The notes under the pieces: generated by a model
What the model was told of the DNA's origin: nothing
Database searches by the model: none
The model's input: the letters and a program-made list of their open reading frames with translations, nothing else
Program-made: the position numbers and the translations under genes
Assembly (NCBI GenBank): GCA_900553945.1
Contig: USFR01000009.1
Span: 3,070 to 67,069 of the forward strand
DNA: 64,000 nt
Source of the DNA: an uncultured Clostridium sp.
Lineage (GTDB): Bacteria; Bacillota; Clostridia; TANB77; CAG-508
Reading direction: 5' to 3'
Part shown: positions 1 to 9,150 of the stretch, piece after piece
Position numbering within the stretch: position 1 is the stretch's first letter
Layout: every line of letters starts with the position of its first letter

Positions 1-315
1 TTCTTTCTTGTTTACTTTATAAGTATATTTTCTTGGTTTTGGACCTAAAGTTATACCACCTTTAATCCATTGTGGAGCTCTTATACTTCCTTGTCTAGCT
101 CTACCAGTTCCTTTTTGTCTCCAAGGTTTTCTTCCTCCACCACTAACTTCAGATCTTGTTTTAGTACTTTGTGTACCTTGTCTTTGATTAGCTAAGAAAT
201 TGATTAGTACGCTATGTACTATTGCTTCATTTGGTTCAATTCCAAATATTTCTTCTTTTAAATCTACTGTACTAACTTTTTTTCCTTCTACATTATATAC
301 ATCTATTGTAGGCAT
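1..315 (-). CDS. rplD: 50S ribosomal protein L4, N-terminal part (gene runs off the left edge)
   Basis: Not in the ORF track. My translation from the ATG at 315 reads [19 protein letters not shown]...[26 protein letters not shown] (L4 signature). It follows rpsJ-rplC in S10-operon order. Confidence 0.9.
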   Translation of the reverse strand, partial: MPTIDVYNVEGKKVSTVDLKEEIFGIEPNEAIVHSVLINFLANQRQGTQSTKTRSEVSGGGRKPWRQKGTGRARQGSIRAPQWIKGGITLGPKPRKYTYKVNKKE

Positions 316-334
316 TTACTGTTCCTCCTTTCTC

Positions 335-970
335 TTACGCTAATGCCTTTGTGGCATCTTTTATTTTTAGGATAGCTCCTTTGTTTCCTGGAACACTACC
401 TTTTACTAATATACAATTTTTATCTAAGTCAACTCTAACAACTTTTAAGTTTTGGATTGTAACTGTTACATTTCCCATATGTCCTGGTAATTTCTTTCCT
501 TTGAAAACTCTACCTGGAGTTGATGTAGATCCCATTGAACCTGGTCTTCTGTGGTACATAGAACCATGTCCCATAGGTCCTCTTGATTGTCCATGTCTCT
601 TAATAACACCTTGGAATCCTTTTCCTTTAGTTGTTCCTTGTATATCTACTGTTTCTCCTGCAGTAAATACATCAGCTTTTATTTCATCTCCAACTTTTAC
701 ATTAGATACATCAGCTAATCTGAATTCTCTTAAATGTTTAACTGGAGTAACTTTAACTTTTGTAAAGTGTCCTTTTTCTGGTTTGTTTAATTTCTTTTCT
801 TTAACTGTACCAAATCCTAATTGAACAGCGTCATATCCGTCAGTTTCAACTGTTTTAACTTGAATAACGCTACATGGTCCAGCTTCAATAACTGTTACAG
901 GTATTACATTACCTTTTTCATCAAATATTTGTGTCATTCCGACTTTTCTACCGATGATTGCTTTTTTCAT
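335..970 (-). CDS. rplC: 50S ribosomal protein L3
   Basis: 211 aa. [33 protein letters not shown]... and [12 protein letters not shown] are typical L3 motifs. S10-operon position. Confidence 0.97.
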   Translation of the reverse strand: MKKAIIGRKVGMTQIFDEKGNVIPVTVIEAGPCSVIQVKTVETDGYDAVQLGFGTVKEKKLNKPEKGHFTKVKVTPVKHLREFRLADVSNVKVGDEIKADVFTAGETVDIQGTTKGKGFQGVIKRHGQSRGPMGHGSMYHRRPGSMGSTSTPGRVFKGKKLPGHMGNVTVTIQNLKVVRVDLDKNCILVKGSVPGNKGAILKIKDATKALA

Positions 971-1075
971 CTTTCTTTCCTCCTAACTATTGGCTCGTAC
1001 TATTTGTACTAGCTTGGTTTGATGTTCACAACTCTTTTTGCTTTTGCAACTGTTGTGTGTTGCTTTCATTAATAA

Positions 1076-1405
1076 TTATAATTTGATTTCGATATCAACA
1101 CCTGCTGGTAACTCTAATTTCATTAAGCTATCAACTGTTTTTTGTGTTGGATAAAGAATATCAATAACTCTTTTATGTGTTCTCATTTCAAATTGTTCTC
1201 TTGAATCTTTGTGTTTGTGTGGAGAACGTAAAATAGTTACTATTTCTTTTTCTGTTGGAAGTGGAATAGGACCTGAAACTTTAGCTCCTGTTCTTTTAGC
1301 TGTATCTACTATTCTTTCAGCAGACTGGTCTAAAACTACGAAGTCATAAGCTTTTAATCTTATTCTGATTTTTTCGCTTCCTACGTTTTGGTTTGATGTT
1401 GCCAT
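1076..1405 (-). CDS. rpsJ: 30S ribosomal protein S10
   Basis: 109 aa. IRIRLKAYD...SGPIPLPT...[13 protein letters not shown] is the S10 signature. First gene of the S10 operon. Confidence 0.97.
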   Translation of the reverse strand: MATSNQNVGSEKIRIRLKAYDFVVLDQSAERIVDTAKRTGAKVSGPIPLPTEKEIVTILRSPHKHKDSREQFEMRTHKRVIDILYPTQKTVDSLMKLELPAGVDIEIKL

Positions 1406-1635
1406 TGTTTTTCCTCCTTATTAAATGTAACGGCAAGTTTAAAACGCACCCTGGTGTTTCTTTATACCCCATATATAAATCCAAGTTACATCATTTCTTT
1501 TGTATCCTGGATAAGTGTGCATTTATCAAACTTATCGCCCGGTCTAAGCCAAGACATACTCTGCAAGAGTTCCCTCCACAGACATATAATCTGTGTAGCC
1601 ACATCCTGCTTCATCGCTTTATCTTACGCCTTATT

Positions 1636-1664
1636 ATTATACTACGGTATTTTATGCTTGTCAA
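1636..1664 (-). promoter_or_regulatory. Consensus sigma-A promoter for the S10 operon
   Basis: Minus strand reads TTGACA (1664-1659), a 17-nt spacer, then TATAAT (1641-1636). This leaves a leader of about 225 nt before rpsJ. Confidence 0.6.
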
Positions 1665-1694
1665 CACGAAAAATACATTTTTCTCCGACTTTCC

Positions 1695-1731
1695 CAAAAA
1701 ATATAGAGCTAAATTATTTTTAGCTCTATAT
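1695..1731 (-). terminator. Rho-independent terminator after the alarmone synthetase gene
   Basis: Stem atatagagcta/tagctctatat, with a T-run on the minus strand (A-run 1695-1700 on plus). Confidence 0.65.
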
Positions 1732-1746
1732 CTATAAATCGTTCTA

Positions 1747-2409
1747 TTATACATTACATTTTATTTGCATCATTTTATCATCTAATTTTGAAATTGTTTT
1801 AGCTGCATTTACTAGTTCTTTAGATGATTTTTTACTTATTTGTTTCTTATACTTTAATTTGTGTTCTAAGCTTGCCCAAAAGTCCATCGCTACTGTTCTT
1901 ATTTGAATTTCAACTTTTACATATATCGTCTTATCCTTAAATGTTACTGGAACATTTACAATCATATGATAGCTTGAATATCCACTTGGCTTCGGATTTG
2001 TAATATAATCTTTTCTTTCTAATATTTCTATTTCTTGAAAGTTCTCAATTATTTTTACTAACTTAAACACATCATCTTTGAATGAGCATACAATTCTCAT
2101 TCCTGCTATATCGTTTACTTGTTCTATTAAATTCTTATAATTAAGTTCTAGTTCTTTTCTCTGCATTTTTTCTATAATACTATCTGGTGATTTCATCCTT
2201 TCTGTTATGTGATCAATTGGATTGTATTCACAAAAGCTATTGAATTCTTCATTAAGAATATCAAATTTTGTTCTAAGTACTTTTAGTGCAGATTTATATA
2301 TTAGCATAATCTTTTCAAATTCATTTGCTTTTTTATCTACTTTTTGTTCTATTCTCATTAAACTTGCAGCCTCGATCAGGTCCGCTTCTCTTTCACTTTC
2401 TTTTTTCAT
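1747..2409 (-). CDS. Small alarmone synthetase (RelA/SpoT-domain GTP pyrophosphokinase, RelQ/RelP type)
   Basis: 220 aa single-domain protein. GMRIVCSF, SGYSSYHMIV and EIQIRTVAMDFWASLEHKLKYK match the (p)ppGpp synthetase fold motifs. Confidence 0.85.
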   Translation of the reverse strand: MKKESEREADLIEAASLMRIEQKVDKKANEFEKIMLIYKSALKVLRTKFDILNEEFNSFCEYNPIDHITERMKSPDSIIEKMQRKELELNYKNLIEQVNDIAGMRIVCSFKDDVFKLVKIIENFQEIEILERKDYITNPKPSGYSSYHMIVNVPVTFKDKTIYVKVEIQIRTVAMDFWASLEHKLKYKKQISKKSSKELVNAAKTISKLDDKMMQIKCNV

Positions 2410-2589
2410 ATAATCATTCCTTTCTATTATCTATTCTATCCCCCCTTCTTTTTAGATTGATAATATCTTATTTTATTTTCATTAAATTAATATTAAATTT
2501 TTACAAATTTGAATAATTTTTCTTTTATACATTTTTCAAAAGTAAAGCTATTAGTCAATATGTTCAACTAATAGCTCTTTTAAAAATTT

Positions 2590-3141
2590 TTAATCTAATT
2601 TTTCTAATTTATTTACATTTACTATGAATGCTATTCCCTCAATTATATCCATAATTGAATATACTAATATTATTAGTCCTAGTGTTGCAATTATTATTCC
2701 AGGTGTGAATATAATATAAATTCCACATATCATCATTAATATAGCAATTATTAACATTGGTACCCATGAGCTAGATTCAAATGCTTTTAATTTCAAAGAT
2801 AAACCAAATCTCATTAAACTGCTATATATTATCCAAATACCAAGTACTATTCCTAAAAAGTTTCCTAATGTTTCTGTGTGTGTAATAATTACTAAACCAA
2901 ATAATATGCTTATAATTCCATATACTAATTGATAATTAAATAAATCATAGCTTCCTTTTTCTGTAAAGTATCCTATTATTTTTATAATTCCTGTTATTAT
3001 TAATATTGCTCCTAATATACATGCTATTACTTTTATAGTTGCTTCTGCATATAGAAACATAACTAGTCCTAGAACACCTAATATTATCGAAGTTATTATT
3101 GAAGTGTATCCAGTCTTTTTTAAAACTTTTTCTATTTCCAT
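2590..3141 (-). CDS. DUF308/HdeD-like integral membrane protein
   Basis: 183 aa made of about six repeated hydrophobic helices with glycine-rich spacing. Family assignment is from memory of the pattern only. Confidence 0.55.
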   Translation of the reverse strand: MEIEKVLKKTGYTSIITSIILGVLGLVMFLYAEATIKVIACILGAILIITGIIKIIGYFTEKGSYDLFNYQLVYGIISILFGLVIITHTETLGNFLGIVLGIWIIYSSLMRFGLSLKLKAFESSSWVPMLIIAILMMICGIYIIFTPGIIIATLGLIILVYSIMDIIEGIAFIVNVNKLEKLD

Positions 3142-3322
3142 AGTTACCCCTTTCTTTCCGAATACATTTTTATGTATTCTTAACTAATCTTTGGTTATTA
3201 TATTTATTAAATATGAAATTTATGTGAAATCATGTATATTATTTTTTATATTTCTAAAAATAATTGTATATTATGTCCTTTTTTGGTATAATCTTTTTAG
3301 CAAAATTGAAAGGAGTGATTTT

Positions 3323-3574
3323 TTGGAATATAGATATAGACCTTCTGGAGTGTGTTCTAGCGAATTTGTTATAGTTATGGACGGAGAAATCATAAAATCA
3401 GTAAAAATAGTTGGTGGATGTCCTGGAAATACTTTAGCTGTTTCTGCTTTAGTAGAAGGAAAAAATATTAATGATGTAATTGCTAAGTTAGATGGAATTC
3501 AATGTGGAATGCGTGGAACTTCATGCCCAGATCAACTTGCAAAAGCATTAAAAGAAATTAAAAGTAAAATGTAA
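3323..3574 (+). CDS. TSCPD-domain protein (TIGR03905-like, four-Cys)
   Basis: I trimmed the track ORF to the TTG at 3323, which sits behind the RBS aggag (3311-3315). YRPSGVCS...GGCPGN...GTSCPDQLAKAL is the characteristic motif set. Confidence 0.7.
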   Translation: MEYRYRPSGVCSSEFVIVMDGEIIKSVKIVGGCPGNTLAVSALVEGKNINDVIAKLDGIQCGMRGTSCPDQLAKALKEIKSKM

Positions 3575-3645
3575 AATAAAAGTGGACATTATTTTATACT
3601 GAGTTTAATTTTATAAATCTCAATATATTTTAGTCCACTTTTTAT

Positions 3646-5415
3646 TTATACAATTTTATATATAAAAAATGAAATTATGTATGCAATAATAAATTGGTTA
3701 AATATAATTTTTATTGCTTTTTTTATTCCAAATTCTTTTTTTATTATTCCTATAGTAGCTATGCAAGGAGTATACAATAATATGAAAGTTAAAAAGCTTA
3801 TAGCTGAGCTTCTAGTAAACATATTCCCTATTATAATCGGTAACATATTTGAGCTTGCATTTGTAAGAACGCTTAATGTGCTTAGTATTGCTTCTTTAGC
3901 AGAAATGCCAACTATAATTGATGTTGTAATTTTCCAGTCAGAAAATCCAAGTGGTTTGAATATAAATGAAACCTTTTGTCCAATCATTGCTAGCATACTT
4001 TCATTTTCAGGCACAAAAAACAATTCTTGGTTAAAGCTTTTCAAAAACCATATTATTAATGAAGCAATAAATATTACTGAAAATGATTTTATTAAAAATT
4101 CTTTTGTTTTATTCCACATAAGATGCCATGTATTTTTTAATGAGGGAATTCTATAATTAGGCAGTTCCATTATAAATGTTCCCTCATCATTTTTCCTTTT
4201 TCTGCCTACTAATGCTGTTACTGTTGTTCCAATTATTATTCCAACAGCATATATTAATGTCATTGCCATTGCTGGATTATCTTTAAAAAATATTGATACA
4301 AAAATCGCATATATTGGTATTTTAGCTGAACAGCTTATGAACGGAACTAATGTTAAACTTAAATCTCTTTCTTTTTCAGATTGTATTGTTCTAATTGAAA
4401 GTATTGCTGGTACCGAGCATCCGAACCCTAGTAAAATTGGTACTATGCTCTTTCCTGAAAGTCCTATTTTGCTAAGTGGCTTATCCATTATAAAAGCAAT
4501 TCTAGTCATATATCCGCTATCTTCTAAGATTGATAAAAAGAAATACAATGTTACAATTATTGGTAAAAAGCTAATAACACTTCCTATTCCATTTAATATT
4601 CCATCGATAATCAAGCTTTCAATTATCAAATTATATTCATGTGTTTCAAAATAGTAGATGATCATATTTGAAACGACTTCAATTCCTTGATTTAATAATT
4701 CTGTAAAATAATTTCCAATAATATTAAAAGTTAAATTGAAAATAATGTACATTATAAAAAAGAATATTGGTAATCCTAAAAATTTATTTGTTAAAATTTT
4801 ATCTATTTTATATGAGTTGTTTTTAGACATATTTCTTGGCATTTTTACTACATTGTTACATATGTTTTCTATTTGGCTATATTTCTCATTTATTTTATTT
4901 TGCTGTTTTAGATTTGGAATGTTAATGTTATAAATTCTTTTATTTTGGATTGCTTCATATATTAATTGTTCAGTTTCTTTTTTTGTAACTGTACTTAATT
5001 TAACAATTGGTAATTGCAGTATTCTTGATAATTCTTGAGTATTTATTTTTCCTTTGTTCTTCTCAACTTCATCTAACATATTAAGTGCTATAATCATTGG
5101 TATTCCAATTTCTTTTAATTGCATTGTTAAGTATAAATTTCTTTGTAAGTTAGTCGCATCAACTACATTAATTATTACGTCTGGTTTAACTTTATATAAA
5201 AAATCTCTTGTTACTTTTTCTTCGGATGTATATGTATTTAATGAATATAATCCCGGTAAATCAACTATTTTGCAATTCTTATAATTTGGCACTGTGCCAA
5301 CTACATATTCTACAGTTACTCCTGGGAAATTTCCAACATGTTGTTTTAGATTGGTTATTCTATTGAATATGGTTGTCTTACCGCAATTTTGATTTCCAAC
5401 TAAAGCTAATATCAT
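3646..5415 (-). CDS. feoB: Ferrous iron transporter FeoB
   Basis: 589 aa. N-terminal G-domain (GNQNCGKTTIFN, DLPGLYSL) followed by a polytopic membrane domain. Start overlaps the feoA stop. Confidence 0.95.
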   Translation of the reverse strand: MILALVGNQNCGKTTIFNRITNLKQHVGNFPGVTVEYVVGTVPNYKNCKIVDLPGLYSLNTYTSEEKVTRDFLYKVKPDVIINVVDATNLQRNLYLTMQLKEIGIPMIIALNMLDEVEKNKGKINTQELSRILQLPIVKLSTVTKKETEQLIYEAIQNKRIYNINIPNLKQQNKINEKYSQIENICNNVVKMPRNMSKNNSYKIDKILTNKFLGLPIFFFIMYIIFNLTFNIIGNYFTELLNQGIEVVSNMIIYYFETHEYNLIIESLIIDGILNGIGSVISFLPIIVTLYFFLSILEDSGYMTRIAFIMDKPLSKIGLSGKSIVPILLGFGCSVPAILSIRTIQSEKERDLSLTLVPFISCSAKIPIYAIFVSIFFKDNPAMAMTLIYAVGIIIGTTVTALVGRKRKNDEGTFIMELPNYRIPSLKNTWHLMWNKTKEFLIKSFSVIFIASLIIWFLKSFNQELFFVPENESMLAMIGQKVSFIFKPLGFSDWKITTSIIVGISAKEAILSTLSVLTNASSNMLPIIIGNMFTRSSAISFLTFILLYTPCIATIGIIKKEFGIKKAIKIIFNQFIIAYIISFFIYKIV

Positions 5416-5642
5416 AAAATCACCTCAACTTCTATTTTGCTTGCAATTTCTTTTCTTATGCTTAAGCTATATCCTCTTACTTCTATTTGAAGTGGATCTC
5501 CGAGTGGTGCTTTTTTGGTTAGCTTTATTTTTGTGTTTGGAACTATTCCCATATCTAGTAATCGGTATTTTAGCTCGCCTATCACGTTTACTGATTGGAC
5601 TTTACATATTTGATTTTCTTTTAAATTATTCAATGTCATCAT
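5412..5642 (-). CDS. feoA: FeoA-family iron transport protein
   Basis: 76 aa SH3-like FeoA pattern (RLLDMGIVPNTKIKL...PLGDPLQIEVRGYSLSIRK). 4-nt overlap with feoB. Confidence 0.85.
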   Translation of the reverse strand: MMTLNNLKENQICKVQSVNVIGELKYRLLDMGIVPNTKIKLTKKAPLGDPLQIEVRGYSLSIRKEIASKIEVEVIL

Positions 5643-5745
5643 GGTTAATTATATGTTGAGGCATTATGAATATGACTTTTTTACAGCTTATATAAATGCT
5701 AAAAGCGGTATGAATATTTTTCATCTTAACAACTTATATAAATAA

Positions 5746-5903
5746 AAAAGCAATATAAATATTTTTTGAAATCATCGCGCAACGACCAAAGGAACGAAGC
5801 AAGGCTTCGTGACTGCGATTGAAGCAATCTTTACTAAAGAAAGAGCGGATGCTCAAAAAAGATTGCGACAGCAAGATGTTTCAAAAATATTTATATTGCT
5901 TTT
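5746..5903. repeat. Hairpin-embedded intergenic element A (25-nt AT-rich arms, about 107-nt GC-richer core)
   Basis: Left arm aaaagcaatataaatattttttgaaa pairs with right arm tttcaaaaatatttatattgctttt. The core is homologous by eye to elements D and E. Confidence 0.6.
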
Positions 5904-5924
5904 GCTTTTATTTAAGTTTGTTTA

Positions 5925-6857
5925 TTATCCTAATAATTTTACTTCAACAGTATTCATTCTGTATTTTCCATTTTCATCTGTTCCAAATTCTATAAGTGAT
6001 TTGTCTAACTTTGTAGCATTTTGGCTTAAGTCTTGTGTGAAGTAAATTCTCATATTACTTATTTGTAGTCCTTTTGTTATTATTATTTTGAAGATTTCTA
6101 CCATATGTTTTTCATCTTCTGCTACTAATATAAGTTGAGGTGCTCTTTCATATCCAGAATCGAATTGAACAAAGTTTTCATAGAATTCTTTATATAACCT
6201 CATTCTTTCTTCGAATTTCGTTTCCCAATCTTCTTCTCTTCTAACAGCTTCATATATGAAATCTATTGAAACTCCTCTTTTTGTTAATCTAACTCCTGCA
6301 TTTGCTTTTATTATTTTTCCGCTTTGTTTAGCTGTTATTGCAGGTTTTACAACATAAGAATCAAATGCTTGTACTTTTCTCATGTATGCAATTATAATTT
6401 GGTTTCCAGCTAATCTTTTCTTTATCATTGATACTGGTTTTGTGTTGTCTGTTGGTTGCCATTTACATTCAATGTTTCTTGAATTTAATAAATATTTACC
6501 CATTTTTTCTAAGCAATATACTCTATATATGCATTTACCATCTTCGCTTGAAAAATAATATCTTGTTAATATTTTTGTTTTTATTAATTGTTCTAATTTG
6601 TTATTTAATTTATCTTGTGATTTTATATCAATATTTCTATGAACTAAAATTTGATATATTTGTCTTGATGTCATAAACTCAAATTCATTTACTAATTCTA
6701 ATATTTTAAAATGAATTTCTGTGATATGTCCTAAATTAATTCTATGAATAATTTGGTTTATTGAAACATATCCATCCTTTCCATCAAATGTTTTGATTTC
6801 TCCTTCTTTCATTGCGAAAGGAGAGACAGTTGTTTTGATTTTTTCATCTTCTACCAT
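5925..6857 (-). CDS. Replication-relaxation-family-like protein (wHTH N-terminus)
   Basis: 310 aa. The FKILELVNEFEFMTSRQIYQIL...KLEQLIKTKILTRYYF...YRVYCLEKMGKYLL layout resembles the plasmid/ICE replication-relaxation family. Recognition is from memory only. Confidence 0.4.
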   Translation of the reverse strand: MVEDEKIKTTVSPFAMKEGEIKTFDGKDGYVSINQIIHRINLGHITEIHFKILELVNEFEFMTSRQIYQILVHRNIDIKSQDKLNNKLEQLIKTKILTRYYFSSEDGKCIYRVYCLEKMGKYLLNSRNIECKWQPTDNTKPVSMIKKRLAGNQIIIAYMRKVQAFDSYVVKPAITAKQSGKIIKANAGVRLTKRGVSIDFIYEAVRREEDWETKFEERMRLYKEFYENFVQFDSGYERAPQLILVAEDEKHMVEIFKIIITKGLQISNMRIYFTQDLSQNATKLDKSLIEFGTDENGKYRMNTVEVKLLG

Positions 6858-6928
6858 TGTACTAATACCTCCAATTAAATTATTATTTTAGACGTTTTCT
6901 TTTGTTCGAAAATCTTTAGTAAGATTCT

Positions 6929-7444
6929 CTATGAAACAATTAATAGTTTTATTTTCTTTTTGTCTTTAACTATTCTTTTAATGTATACATCAACTTTTTG
7001 TCCATATTCGTATCCATCTTTATATTCTGCAAGTCCAACTAAATTTGGCTTTAACTCAATAAAGATTCCGTTTTTTTGTTTTTCTACTTCCTTAACTGTT
7101 CCTTGAACTTTTTCTCCTTCTTGGTAATCTGTAACATTTTCTTCCCAAGTTCCTAAAAGCTCTTTATGAGTTAATTCCACTCTGTTTAAGTCTTTGTCAA
7201 CTGATTTTATCATAACTTTTATATTTTGTCCAACGGAAAATCTTTCTTCTGGAGATTTTATTCTTGATACTGAAATATCTTCTATATGCAAAAGTCCAAC
7301 TACTCCATTGTTCATTTCAACAAATGCTCCAAATGGCTTTATGTTTTTTACTGTACCTTCAAAAATATCTCCAGCTTTGGCTTCATTTTGAATCCAATTA
7401 ATCTTTTCTTCATTTAACGGTTTTCTTTCGTATTTAAAATTCAT
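6929..7444 (-). CDS. S1 RNA-binding domain protein (two S1 repeats)
   Basis: 171 aa. GDIFEGTVKNIKPFGAFVEM...GLLHISDIS-like and GEKVQGTVKEVEK..GIFIEL are S1 OB-fold signatures. Confidence 0.8.
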   Translation of the reverse strand: MNFKYERKPLNEEKINWIQNEAKAGDIFEGTVKNIKPFGAFVEMNNGVVGLLHIEDISVSRIKSPEERFSVGQNIKVMIKSVDKDLNRVELTHKELLGTWEENVTDYQEGEKVQGTVKEVEKQKNGIFIELKPNLVGLAEYKDGYEYGQKVDVYIKRIVKDKKKIKLLIVS

Positions 7445-7483
7445 ATTTATACCTCTTCTTTCGTAATTTTATCATTTAAAATT

Positions 7484-8201
7484 TTATTTTAAAAGCTTTT
7501 GAACTTCGTCATCTTTTAGATATCTCCATTTTCCAATTGTTAATCCTTCTAAAGAAATTGTTCCAATTTTGCTTCTGTGTAATGCTAATACTTTTTTGCC
7601 TATTGCATCACACATTCTTCTAACTTCTCTATTTTTGCCTTCATGTATTACAATTTCAAGTCTTGTTTTATTATTTTCTTTGTCTTCCATAATTCTTTTT
7701 ACTTTAGCTGAACTAGTTTTAAATCCATCATCTAAAACAACACCGCTTCTTAACTTTTCAATTTCATCATCAGAAACTTGTCCTTTTAAAGTAACTGTAT
7801 AAGTTTTTGTAACTTCATTTTTAGGATGAGTTACCTTATAAACAAAATCTCCATCATTAGTTAAAATCAATGCTCCTGATGTGTACATATCTAGTCTTCC
7901 AACTGGTACAAGTCTTTCTTTTACATGAACTAAATCTGTAACTTTATCTCTACTAAATTGTTCCTTTACTGTTGTTACATATCCTATAGGTTTATTTAGT
8001 AAAATATATACTTTATTATCTTCTGGTTCAACTTTTCTACCGATTAAATTCAACTACATCTTTTTGTGGATCAACTTTAATTCCTAGTTCTGTCTTTGCT
8101 TCGCCATTTACCTTTACTTTACCTTGTAGTATAAGTTCTTCGCATTTTCTTCTTGAAGCTACTCCACAACTTGCTAAATATTTTTGTAATCTTTCTTCCA
8201 A
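7484..8201 (-). pseudogene. RsuA/RluB-family pseudouridine synthase split by a 1-nt frameshift between the S4 and catalytic domains
   Basis: The S4 domain (TTG 8201 to TAG 8037: [53 protein letters not shown]) is in one frame. The catalytic domain (8053-7484: VYILLNKPIGYVTT...GRLDMYTSGALILTNDG) is in another. The two overlap by 17 nt. Confidence 0.75.
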
Positions 8202-8222
8202 CTTTCTTCCTCTTCCTTTTTA

Positions 8223-9128
8223 TTATTCTTCATCTAGCTTTTCTAAAATATCTTTAAAATACTTTGGTAATTCTGCTGTATATTCAACTTCTTCGTTTGT
8301 AGTTGGATGTTTGAATTTAATTTTATATGCATGAAGCATTTGTCCTTCTACATCAAATCTATTTTTTCCATTAGAATATGTATAATCACCAATTATCGGA
8401 TATCCTATTTCTGAAAGGTGAACTCTTATTTGATGAGTTCTTCCTGTTTCTATAACTACTTCTAATAATGTACAATCGCTATATCTTTTTAATACTTTGA
8501 AATGAGTCACTGCCTTTTTACCGTCTTTGTCAACAGCCATTTTCTTTCTATCTTTTTTGCTTCTTCCTATTGGCATATCTATTGTTGCTTCATTTTCTTT
8601 AAGTCTTCCACGAACCAAAGCTAAATAAGTTTTTGTTGTTTTATGTTCTTTTATTTGTTCACTAATATTTAAATGAGCTTTATCGTTTTTAGCAACAATT
8701 ATAATACCTGATGTATCTTTGTCAATTCTATGAACAATTCCTGGTCTAATTTCTCCGCCTATTCCTGATAAAGAATCCTTGCATCTTGCCATTATCGCGT
8801 TTGCAAGTGTTCCGTCTGGATTTCCATTACCCGGATGAACTACCATTCCTTTTTCTTTATTAATGATTATTATATCATTGTCTTCATATATAACGTTTAG
8901 TGGAATTTCTTCTGCTTTTAATTTTGATTCTTTTGGTTTCTCAAATTCAATTATTATTTTATCATTAATTTTAACTTTATAAGATGCTTTTTCTTTTTTA
9001 CCATTTACTAAAATCTTGTCATCTTCTATTAATTTTTGAACTGTCATTCGAGATATATCTGGATCTAATTCTGCAATTGCTTTATCTAATCTTATTCCAT
9101 CTTCTTTTATTATGTATTCTTTCTCCAA
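8223..9128 (-). CDS. rluD: RluD-type 23S rRNA pseudouridine synthase
   Basis: 301 aa. S4-like N-terminus, HRIDKDTSGIIIVAKND and GRTHQIRVH motifs. Confidence 0.88.
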   Translation of the reverse strand: MEKEYIIKEDGIRLDKAIAELDPDISRMTVQKLIEDDKILVNGKKEKASYKVKINDKIIIEFEKPKESKLKAEEIPLNVIYEDNDIIIINKEKGMVVHPGNGNPDGTLANAIMARCKDSLSGIGGEIRPGIVHRIDKDTSGIIIVAKNDKAHLNISEQIKEHKTTKTYLALVRGRLKENEATIDMPIGRSKKDRKKMAVDKDGKKAVTHFKVLKRYSDCTLLEVVIETGRTHQIRVHLSEIGYPIIGDYTYSNGKNRFDVEGQMLHAYKIKFKHPTTNEEVEYTAELPKYFKDILEKLDEE

Positions 9129-9150
9129 TTTGTTTTTCCTTTCTTTAAAG

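Noticed and set aside
351-824. 157-aa plus-strand ORF, and similar ones at 3677-4156, 15665-15976, 19667-20227, 46060-46401, 48575-48943 and 56792-57451
   Set aside because: All lie antisense to strongly supported conserved genes (rplC, feoB, rarA, pheT, hydA, hydB, yqfD). They have low-complexity L/F/I/S-rich translations and no RBS. This is typical of shadow ORFs in AT-rich DNA.
5643-5745. Possible Fur box upstream of feoA (tcatattcataatg-like segment)
   Set aside because: It only weakly resembles the 19-bp Fur palindrome by eye. In DNA this AT-rich, such partial matches are expected by chance. I cannot support it without a scored matrix search.
5746-5903. Hairpin elements as integron attC sites (variable arms, conserved architecture)
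   Set aside because: There is no integrase or attI. The flanking genes are housekeeping genes in mixed orientations rather than promoterless cassettes. The conserved part is the loop rather than the R/L boxes of the stem.
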